NCBI GenBank assembly: GCA_020053305.1
Contig: JAGVNJ010000050.1
Coordinates: 368 to 64,367, forward strand
Length of the DNA stretch: 64,000 nt
Source of the DNA: Candidatus Edwardsbacteria bacterium
GTDB lineage: Bacteria; Edwardsbacteria; AC1; EtOH8
Reading direction: 5' to 3'
Part shown: one piece after another, positions 44,614-52,766 of the stretch
Layout of the letters: every line of letters begins with the position of its first letter
How positions within the stretch are numbered: position 1 is the stretch's first letter
Translations under genes and position numbers: made by a program
The notes under the pieces: generated by a model
The model's input: the letters and a program-made list of their open reading frames with translations, nothing else
What the model was told of the DNA's origin: nothing
Database searches by the model: none

Positions 44614-46308
44614 ATGGGTTTGAAATTAGGCGATATGTTGGTGCAGTCCGGGCTGATAACCAAAGATCAGCTGGACAAGGCCCTGGCCGAGCAGAAAAGC
44701 TCCGGCGCCAAGCTGGGCTCCAGCATTATAAAGCTGGGATTTATGACCGAGGACGCCATCACCCAATTCCTGGGCAAGCAGCTCAACCTTCCCACGGTGA
44801 ATCTTTCCACCGCCGAACTGGATCCCCAGGTTTTAAAACTTATTCCCCCCGAGATAGCCCAGAAATTTCAGGTGATGCCGATCAAAAAAACCGGACGGAT
44901 CCTGTTTCTGGCCATGTCCAACGCCGCCGATGTGTTCATCATGGAGCAAATCTCTTTTCTCACCGGGATGGAGGTCAAGCCGGTGGTATGCGCCGAGACA
45001 TCGCTGGAGAAGGCTTTGGACAAATATTACGGCAGCACCACCCGGGCCGCGGCCCTGAAATCGGTGGAGCAGGAGATCGCCGCCGAGGACATGGAGCTGG
45101 TGGACAAGGATATTGAGGAGGTGGCCAGCCAGGCCGATATCGAATCCACCCCGGTGGTGAAATTAGTAAACAGCATAGTCATCGACGCCATCAAGCGCGG
45201 GGCCTCGGACATCCATATAGAGCCCTACGAAAAAATCCTCCGGGTGCGCTACCGGATAGACGGGGTGCTGCAGGAGACCATGTCGCCTCCCCGCCGGATC
45301 GCGGCGGCCCTGGCCTCGCGCATCAAGGTGCTTTCCAAATTGAACCTCACCGAACGGCGCCTGCCTCAGGACGGAAGGTTCTCCATCAAACTTATCGACC
45401 GGACGGTGGACCTGCGGGTGTCCACCATGCCCATCAAATACGGCGAGAAGATCGTCATCCGGGTGCTGGAGCAGACCAGCCTGGGCGGCGACCTGACCCA
45501 GCTGGGCATCGAGGGCAAGGCCCTGGATGATTTCCTGAAGGCCCTGGCCCGGCCCACCGGCATGATACTGGTCACCGGGCCCACCGGCTCGGGAAAGACC
45601 CGCACCCTTTATTCCGGCATCTCCCGCCTGAACAAGCCCGGGGTCAACATCGTCACCGCCGAGGATCCGGTGGAATACGACATCGTGGGGATCAACCAGG
45701 TCAACGTCCGCCCGGAGATCGGCTATACCTTTGCCAAGGCCCTCAAGGCCTTTTTGCGGCAGGATCCCAACATCGTGCTGGTGGGGGAGATTCGGGACCG
45801 GGAGACCGGCGAGATCGCCATGACCGCGGCCATGACCGGCCACCTGGTGCTGTCCACCCTGCACACCAATGACGCCCCCAGCTCGCTGAACCGGCTGCTG
45901 GATATGGAGATCCCGCCCTTCCTGATAGCCGCCACGGTGAACCTGATCGAAGCCCAGCGCTTAGTCCGGCGCATTTGTTCAAAGTGCAAGGAGCCGGAAA
46001 AAATATCGTCCGAGGAGATGATCAAGATGGGGGTGGATCCAGCCAGTTTCCAAGGGGTGGAGTTTTTCAAGGGCAAGGGATGCCTGGAGTGCAACAATAC
46101 CGGGTACAAGGGCCGGGTGGGCGTGTTTGAGATACTGCCGGTGAGTCCGGAGATAAGAAAACTGATAGTAACCCGGGCCTCCACCGATGAGATCCGGGAG
46201 ATGGCGGTCAAACTGGGGATGAAGACCCTGCGGGAGGATGCCCTGGATAAGGTCAGAAAAGGCATCACCACCATGGAGGCGGCCATCGTGGAGACGGCCT
46301 CGGATTGA
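44614..46308 (+). CDS. pilB: Type IV pilus/T2SS extension ATPase, PilB/GspE family, paralog 1 (N-terminal MshEN-type domain)
   Basis: N-terminal tandem motif KLGDMLVQSGLITKDQLDKALAEQ...KLGSSIIKLGFMTEDAITQFLGKQ. Walker A GPTGSGKTRT. Asp box AEDPVEY. Walker B VLVGEIRD. His box GHLVLSTLHTN. CxxC...CxxC zinc motif. Confidence 0.85.
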   Translation: MGLKLGDMLVQSGLITKDQLDKALAEQKSSGAKLGSSIIKLGFMTEDAITQFLGKQLNLPTVNLSTAELDPQVLKLIPPEIAQKFQVMPIKKTGRILFLAMSNAADVFIMEQISFLTGMEVKPVVCAETSLEKALDKYYGSTTRAAALKSVEQEIAAEDMELVDKDIEEVASQADIESTPVVKLVNSIVIDAIKRGASDIHIEPYEKILRVRYRIDGVLQETMSPPRRIAAALASRIKVLSKLNLTERRLPQDGRFSIKLIDRTVDLRVSTMPIKYGEKIVIRVLEQTSLGGDLTQLGIEGKALDDFLKALARPTGMILVTGPTGSGKTRTLYSGISRLNKPGVNIVTAEDPVEYDIVGINQVNVRPEIGYTFAKALKAFLRQDPNIVLVGEIRDRETGEIAMTAAMTGHLVLSTLHTNDAPSSLNRLLDMEIPPFLIAATVNLIEAQRLVRRICSKCKEPEKISSEEMIKMGVDPASFQGVEFFKGKGCLECNNTGYKGRVGVFEILPVSPEIRKLIVTRASTDEIREMAVKLGMKTLREDALDKVRKGITTMEAAIVETASD

Positions 46309-46343
46309 TAATCACCACATCAAAACTTTAAATAAGACATGAC

Positions 46344-48071
46344 ATGGCTTTAAAAGTCGGCGATATGCTGCTCAAGGCCGGGATGATCAGTCCGGAGCAG
46401 TTGGAACAGGCCCTCAAGGAGCAGCAGAGTTCGGGCCAGAGGCTGGGCTCCCTGCTGGTCAAGATGGGCTTTGTCACCGAGGACGAGGTGGTGGCCTTTC
46501 TCAGCAAGCAGTTCAACGTCCCCTCGGTCAACCTGAACGATTACAAGATCGACGAGCCCATCCTCAAACTGATACCGGCCCATATAGCCCAGAAGTACGG
46601 GCTGATCCCCCTGTCACGCCTGGGCCGGAGCGTGACCGTGGCCATGGTCAACCCCAACGATGTGCTGGCCATGGAGGACATAAAATTCTCCACCGGATTT
46701 GAGGTTCGCCCGGTGATAGCCTCCGAGGCCGCCATCTGGTCGGCCATCGACAAGCAATACGGGTCGGCCGGGATGCTGGAGGATGTGATGAAGGCCATGG
46801 ACCAGGCCGAGGGTGACGTCGAGGCCGGGGACCTGGAGATCCTGGAGGAGCAGCAGGAGGAAGGCGGAGATTCCGCCTCGGAGATGGCCGCGGCCATCGA
46901 GAGCAGCCCGGCGGCCAAATTGGTCAACGGCCTGATCGCCGAGGCGGTCAAGCGCAATGCCACCGACATCCACATCGAGCCCTATGAGAAGGAGATCCGG
47001 GTCCGGATGTCGGTCTACGGCGTGCTGCACGAAGTGATGTCGCCGCCCCTGCGGATGAAGAGCTCCATCGCGGCCCGGATAAAGATCATCGCCAAATTAA
47101 AGATCGAGGAAAAACGCTTTCCCCAGGACGGCCGCCTGCGGATGAACATCCAGGGCAAGCCCATAGACATCCGGGTGTCCATCATCCCCACCGCCTTCGG
47201 GGAGAAGGTGGCCCTGCGCATCCTGGACCGCAGCGCAGTGTCATTCGACCTGCCCACTCTGGGGTTTGAGCCTGAGCCGCTGAAGCACCTGTTGAAGGCG
47301 GTTCAGACGCCCTTCGGAATAGTGCTGGTCACCGGGCCCACCGGCTCCGGCAAGACCACCACCATGTACGCCTGCCTGGAGTCCATCAACCATCCGGACA
47401 CCAATATCATGACCGCCGAGGAGCCGGTGGAGTACAGCCTGATGGGAGTCAATCAGGTGGCGGTGCGCGAGGAAGGCGGCACCACTTTCGGCGCCGCCCT
47501 CAAGGCCTTTTTGCGGCAGGATCCCAACATCATCATGGTGGGAGAGATCCGCGACCGGCAGACCGCCGAGATCGCCATCCGGTCCTCGCTCACCGGCCAT
47601 CTGGTGCTGTCCACCGTCCATACCAACAGCGCCTCGCTGACCATCACCCGGCTGGTGGACATGGGGGTGGAGCCCTTCATGATCGCTTCCTCGTTGCTGC
47701 TGGTGGAGTCCCAGAGGCTGGTCCGCAAGATATGCTCCTACTGCAAGGAGCAGTACAGGCCGGAGGAAAAAATGCTGCGCGAATTCCTGGGGGGCCGGGC
47801 CGACATCACCGGCTTTACCGCCTTCCGGGGCAAGGGCTGCTCGGAATGCCGCAACACCGGATACAAGGGCCGGATCGGCCTGGCCGAGGTGCTGCCCGTC
47901 AGCCCGGGCATCCGGGACCTGATATTGGAGCGAGCCCCCACCTTCAAGATAGAGGCCAAGGCCGTGGAGGAAGGGATGGCCACCCTGCGGATGGACGGGA
48001 TCCACAAGGCCCGCAGCGGGGTGACCACCATCGAAGAGGTCATCAAGGAGACCGTGGCCGCCGCCGACTAA
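46344..48071 (+). CDS. PilB/GspE-family extension ATPase, paralog 2
   Basis: Same domain order and the same Asp/Walker B/His boxes. Walker A GPTGSGKTTT. Acidic linker EGDVEAGDLEILEEQQEEGGDS between the N-domain and the ATPase. Confidence 0.85.
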   Translation: MALKVGDMLLKAGMISPEQLEQALKEQQSSGQRLGSLLVKMGFVTEDEVVAFLSKQFNVPSVNLNDYKIDEPILKLIPAHIAQKYGLIPLSRLGRSVTVAMVNPNDVLAMEDIKFSTGFEVRPVIASEAAIWSAIDKQYGSAGMLEDVMKAMDQAEGDVEAGDLEILEEQQEEGGDSASEMAAAIESSPAAKLVNGLIAEAVKRNATDIHIEPYEKEIRVRMSVYGVLHEVMSPPLRMKSSIAARIKIIAKLKIEEKRFPQDGRLRMNIQGKPIDIRVSIIPTAFGEKVALRILDRSAVSFDLPTLGFEPEPLKHLLKAVQTPFGIVLVTGPTGSGKTTTMYACLESINHPDTNIMTAEEPVEYSLMGVNQVAVREEGGTTFGAALKAFLRQDPNIIMVGEIRDRQTAEIAIRSSLTGHLVLSTVHTNSASLTITRLVDMGVEPFMIASSLLLVESQRLVRKICSYCKEQYRPEEKMLREFLGGRADITGFTAFRGKGCSECRNTGYKGRIGLAEVLPVSPGIRDLILERAPTFKIEAKAVEEGMATLRMDGIHKARSGVTTIEEVIKETVAAAD

Positions 48072-48298
48072 ATATAATACTCGCCTTGGCAATAAACCAA
48101 AGACGAGCAAATCCTAAATCCGAAATCCCAAACAAATGTTAATGACCAAAGCCGTATAATATGGGCATTTTCGGATTTCTGGAATTTTAAAACTTGAGAT
48201 TTGTTTGGTATTTCGGTATTCGAATTTCGGATTTGCCAAAGTGGCAAATACACTCATGAAGAAGGCTCGTTTAAAAATTTAATTAAGCCATAAAACTT

Positions 48299-50065
48299 AT
48301 GCCGCAAAATATTGCCGACATGCTTTTGAAGATGGGACTCCTGACCAAGTCCCAGTACGATCAGGCCTCTCTGGAGCAGAAGAGCAGCAACGAGCCGCTG
48401 GCCGCCACCTTGGTCCGGATGGGGATGGTCACCGAGAACGTGGCCATGCAGTTCATGTCCCGGCAGTTCAATGTCCCGGCCATGGACCTGAGCAACTTCC
48501 AGGTGGAGCCGGCGGTGATAAAGCTGATCCGGCCGGACATCGCCAACAAATTCATGGTGATCCCGTTAAAGCGCCTGGGCCGGGCCCTGACCCTGGCCAT
48601 GATCGATCCCTCGGATTTCTTCGCCCTGGAGGATATCAAATTTCTCACCGGCCTGGACGTCAAGCCGGTGGTGGCCGGCTATTCGGCCGTCAAGAAACTG
48701 CTGGAGCAGCACTATCCGCTGGGCAAGGATGTTCAGGTGATCGCCTCCGGCGGCCAGCTGAGCCAGCTTAAGGACGAGGCCATCGAGAGCCTGCCCGATG
48801 ATGACTCGGCCCTGGAGGGGCTGGGGGGCGACATCGAGATGGAGATGGTGGACGATGTCGAGGAGGACATGGACCTGGCCGACGCCCAGCAGGCCGGCTC
48901 CTCCACCCCGGTGGTCAAAATGGTCAACTACATCATGACCGAGGCGGTGCGCCGCGGAGCCTCGGACATCCATGTGGAGCCCTATGAGAAGATCTTCCGG
49001 ATCCGATTGAGGCAGGACGGCGTGCTGCAGACCCTGATGGAGCCGCCCATGCGGATGAAGGCCCCGCTGGTCTCCCGCATAAAGATCATGTCCAAACTGG
49101 ACGTCACCGAGCGCCGCAAGCCGCAGGACGGCCGGATCGCCATCAAGGTGCTCAACAAGAAGATCGACCTCCGGGTGTCCACCCTGCCGGTGCTGTTCGG
49201 GGAGAAGGTGGTGATGCGTATTTTGGACGCCGGGTCGCTGACCCTGGATCTGGCCAATTTCGGCTTCACCGAACTGGCCCTGAAGAATTTCATGAAGGCC
49301 ATCCACGCCCCCTACGGCATAGTCCTGATCACCGGCCCCACCGGGTCGGGAAAGACCACCACCCTGTATTCCGCCCTCTCCCAGCTGAACACGCCGGACC
49401 GGCATATCCTGACCGTGGAGGATCCCATCGAATACAATCTGAAGGGGGTCAACCAGGTCCAGGCCGAGTTGGGGATAGGTTTCACCTTTGACGTGGCCCT
49501 CAGGGCCATGCTGCGGCAGGCTCCCAACATCATCATGCTGGGCGAGATCCGGGACGGCCCCACCGCCGCCATCGCGGTCAAGGCCGCCCTGACCGGGCAT
49601 CTGGTGTTGTCCACCCTGCATACCAACGACGCTCCGTCGTCGGTCAGCCGTCTGATCGACATGGGGATCGAGCCGTTCCTGGTGGCCTCCTCGACCGTGC
49701 TGATCCAGGCCCAGCGCCTGGTCCGCCGGATATGCAAGGCCTGCAAGGAGCCGTTCCATGTCAATCCCCAGTCCCTGATCGACATGGGCTTCAAAGCCGA
49801 GGAGGTGGCCGGGGTCACCTATTACAAGGGCAAGGGCTGCCCCATCTGCAGCAATACCGGATACAAGGGCCGGGTGGGTCTCTACGAGGTGATGCCCATC
49901 ACTCCCGAGATCCGGGACCTGATACTGAACCGGGAGGCGGTGACCTCCATCAGGGCCAAGGCGGTGGAACAGGGGATGCTGACCCTGCGGATGGACGCCT
50001 GGGGCAAGGTCAAGCAGGGCATGACCACGGTGGAGGAGATGTTCCGCGAAACCGCCGAGGGATAG
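48299..50065 (+). CDS. PilB/GspE-family extension ATPase, paralog 3
   Basis: Same architecture. Walker A GPTGSGKTTT. Acidic linker DDDSALEGLGGDIEMEMVDDVEEDMD. Tetracysteine motif CKACKEP...CPICSNTG. Confidence 0.85.
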   Translation: MPQNIADMLLKMGLLTKSQYDQASLEQKSSNEPLAATLVRMGMVTENVAMQFMSRQFNVPAMDLSNFQVEPAVIKLIRPDIANKFMVIPLKRLGRALTLAMIDPSDFFALEDIKFLTGLDVKPVVAGYSAVKKLLEQHYPLGKDVQVIASGGQLSQLKDEAIESLPDDDSALEGLGGDIEMEMVDDVEEDMDLADAQQAGSSTPVVKMVNYIMTEAVRRGASDIHVEPYEKIFRIRLRQDGVLQTLMEPPMRMKAPLVSRIKIMSKLDVTERRKPQDGRIAIKVLNKKIDLRVSTLPVLFGEKVVMRILDAGSLTLDLANFGFTELALKNFMKAIHAPYGIVLITGPTGSGKTTTLYSALSQLNTPDRHILTVEDPIEYNLKGVNQVQAELGIGFTFDVALRAMLRQAPNIIMLGEIRDGPTAAIAVKAALTGHLVLSTLHTNDAPSSVSRLIDMGIEPFLVASSTVLIQAQRLVRRICKACKEPFHVNPQSLIDMGFKAEEVAGVTYYKGKGCPICSNTGYKGRVGLYEVMPITPEIRDLILNREAVTSIRAKAVEQGMLTLRMDAWGKVKQGMTTVEEMFRETAEG

Positions 50066-50165
50066 AACGAATATCAAAAATAAAATATAAAAAACTCAAA
50101 GGGTTAATCCTGGGTGTTTTTCTGTCCCGGTGGTAAAATGAATATAAAATAAGGATGGGCAAAGC

Positions 50166-51236
50166 ATGTTGACTCTTACCCAACTCTTGGAGGAGATGAT
50201 CCAGAAGAAGGGGACCGACCTGCACCTGACGGTGGGGATCCCGCCGGTGATCCGGGTGGACGGCGAGCTGATGCAGACCTCCCACGAGACGCTGACCCCC
50301 CAGATGACCGAACAGCTGGCCTACAGCATACTGAAGGACACCCAGAAGAAGCGCTTTGAGACCGAACGGGAGCTGGACCTGTCCATCGGCATTCAGGGGC
50401 TCTCCCGCTTCCGGGGCAACATCTTTCTGCAGCGGGGCTGCGTGGCCATGGCCATGCGGGTGATCCCCTGGGAGATCCGCTCCTTCCAGGCCCTGGGCCT
50501 ACCGCCCATCGCCGCTGCCCTGGCCGACAAACCCAAGGGACTGGTGCTGGTCACCGGGCCCACCGGCTCGGGCAAATCCACCACCCTGGCCACCATGATC
50601 GACAAGATCAACAGCGAGCGGCGGGGTCACATCATCACCGTCGAGGACCCCATCGAGTACATCCATCATCACAAGAAATGCATCATCAACCAGCGGGAGC
50701 TGGAGTCGGACACCAAGAGCTTCAAGAACGCCCTGAAATACGCCCTGCGGCAGGACCCCGACGTGGTGCTGGTGGGCGAGATGCGGGACCTGGAGACCGT
50801 GGAGTCGGCCCTGCACATCTCCGAGACCGGCCACCTGACCCTGGCCACCCTGCACACCAACTCGGCGGCCGAATCCATCCACCGCATCATCGACGTCTTT
50901 CCGCCCTATCAGCAGCCCCAGGTGCGGGCCCAGCTGGCCTTCGTGCTGGAGGGGGTGATGACCCAGCAGCTGATACCCATGACCCGGGGCGGCCGGGCCC
51001 TGTGCCTGGAGATCATGGTCTGCACCCCGGCCATCAAGGCCCTGATCCGGGACGACAAGGTCCACCAGATATATTCCTCGATGCAGGCCGGGCAGAAGTA
51101 CGGCATGCAGACCATGAACCAGTCGCTGGCCAATCTTTTCTTCGAGAAGAAGGTCTCGCTGGACACCGCCTTCGACCACACCTCCAACGTGGAGGAGCTG
51201 GACCAGATGATCAAGAAACGCCAGGCCGTGGTGTGA
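50166..51236 (+). CDS. pilT: Twitching-motility retraction ATPase
   Basis: PilT length (356 aa). Walker A GPTGSGKSTT. AIRNLIRE-like motif (AIKALIRDDK). No MshEN N-domain. Confidence 0.9.
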   Translation: MLTLTQLLEEMIQKKGTDLHLTVGIPPVIRVDGELMQTSHETLTPQMTEQLAYSILKDTQKKRFETERELDLSIGIQGLSRFRGNIFLQRGCVAMAMRVIPWEIRSFQALGLPPIAAALADKPKGLVLVTGPTGSGKSTTLATMIDKINSERRGHIITVEDPIEYIHHHKKCIINQRELESDTKSFKNALKYALRQDPDVVLVGEMRDLETVESALHISETGHLTLATLHTNSAAESIHRIIDVFPPYQQPQVRAQLAFVLEGVMTQQLIPMTRGGRALCLEIMVCTPAIKALIRDDKVHQIYSSMQAGQKYGMQTMNQSLANLFFEKKVSLDTAFDHTSNVEELDQMIKKRQAVV

Positions 51237-51534
51237 TAATATTGGGAACTTTGCACACAGATGAACACAGATTAGTACAGATTTTCTCGGATTTAATTTT
51301 ATGATTTTGGGTTAACAAGTAACGTCCGTGCAAATCCGGTCCAATCAGTGAAATCCGTGTGCCATAAGCCCCCCGTCCGATTCCCGATCTCAATTCCACT
51401 CAGGGCAGGCTTATCGTCTTCCCCGCCACCGTCCGCCTCCGGCGGAGCGGTGATTGAATTCCAATGACTACAATTAATCGCTCGGATTAATAATTCCTTA
51501 GAAAAGAATAAATATTTTACAAGGAGCAATAAAG

Positions 51535-52746
51535 ATGCCACTATATCTCTGGAAAGGGCGCGATTCCAAAGCCGGTTTGGTCTCCGGAGAGCTGACCGCC
51601 GAAAGCGAAGGCGCGGTCATCGAGGCGTTGCGCAAGAAAAATATAATAGTGTCCTCGGTGCGGGTCAAGCCCAAGGAGATCACCCTCAGCTTTATGCAAC
51701 CCAAGGTGAGCAACAAGGACCTGTCGATCTTCACCCGGCAGTTCGCCACCATGATCAACGCCGGCCTGCCGCTGGTTTCCTGCCTGGAGATCCAGGCCCA
51801 GCAGCAGGAGAACCCCACCTTCAAGAAGGTGCTGGAGACCATCAAGTCCGATGTGGAGGGCGGCTCCACTTTGGCCGAGGCCCTGAAGCGGCAGAAACAG
51901 GTGTTCAGCGAACTGTATATCAACATGGCGGCGGCCGGCGAGGCCGGCGGTATCTTAGACAACATTTTGATGCGCCTGGCGGTATATCTGGAAAAGGCCG
52001 AGGCCCTGGTATCCAAGGTCAAAAGGGCCATGATCATGCCGGTGATTTTGACCACCGTAGCGGTGGGAGCGGCGGCGGTGTTGCTGATATTCGTGATCCC
52101 CATCTTCGAGAAGATGTTCGCCGGTATGGGGGCCAAGCTGCCGGGCCCCACCCTGTTCGTGGTGGGGCTCTCCAAGTTCCTGCAGAAATTCATCATCCCC
52201 ATCATCATCGTGGCCGCGGCCGCCATATTTGCCATTCAGCGGTGGTACAAGACCGACAAGGGAGAGCTGTACCTGGACTCCCTGATGCTTAAAATACCCA
52301 TCCTGGGCAATCTCCAGCAGAAATCGGCCGTGGCCCGTTTCGCCCGGACCCTGGGCACTCTTCTGGCCAGCGGCGTGGCCATCCTGGACGCCCTGGAGAT
52401 CACCGCCAAGACCGCCGGCAACCGGGTGGTGCAGGACGCCATCATGTCGGCCCGCAAGTCCATCGGAGGCGGCGAGACCATCTCGGCCCCCTTAAAGACC
52501 ATGAAGATATTTCCGCCCATGGTGGTGCAGATGATCTCGGTGGGCGAGGCCACCGGCGGTCTGGACGAGATGCTCAATAAGATCGCCGACTTCTACGACG
52601 AGGAGGTGGACGGAGCGGTGGAGGGACTGACCGCGGCCATGGAGCCGATCATCATGGTGGTGCTGGGGCTGGGCATCGGCGGCATGGTGGTAGCCATGTA
52701 TCTGCCGATATTCACCATGACCTCGGCCCTGATGGGCGGTCACTAA
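51535..52746 (+). CDS. pilC: Type IV pilus inner-membrane platform protein (PilC/GspF family)
   Basis: Duplicated GspF domain. Three TM segments. Typical N-terminus MPLYLWKGRDSKAG. 403 aa. Confidence 0.9.
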   Translation: MPLYLWKGRDSKAGLVSGELTAESEGAVIEALRKKNIIVSSVRVKPKEITLSFMQPKVSNKDLSIFTRQFATMINAGLPLVSCLEIQAQQQENPTFKKVLETIKSDVEGGSTLAEALKRQKQVFSELYINMAAAGEAGGILDNILMRLAVYLEKAEALVSKVKRAMIMPVILTTVAVGAAAVLLIFVIPIFEKMFAGMGAKLPGPTLFVVGLSKFLQKFIIPIIIVAAAAIFAIQRWYKTDKGELYLDSLMLKIPILGNLQQKSAVARFARTLGTLLASGVAILDALEITAKTAGNRVVQDAIMSARKSIGGGETISAPLKTMKIFPPMVVQMISVGEATGGLDEMLNKIADFYDEEVDGAVEGLTAAMEPIIMVVLGLGIGGMVVAMYLPIFTMTSALMGGH

Positions 52747-52766
52747 TCCCTACCGATTGAAACATA

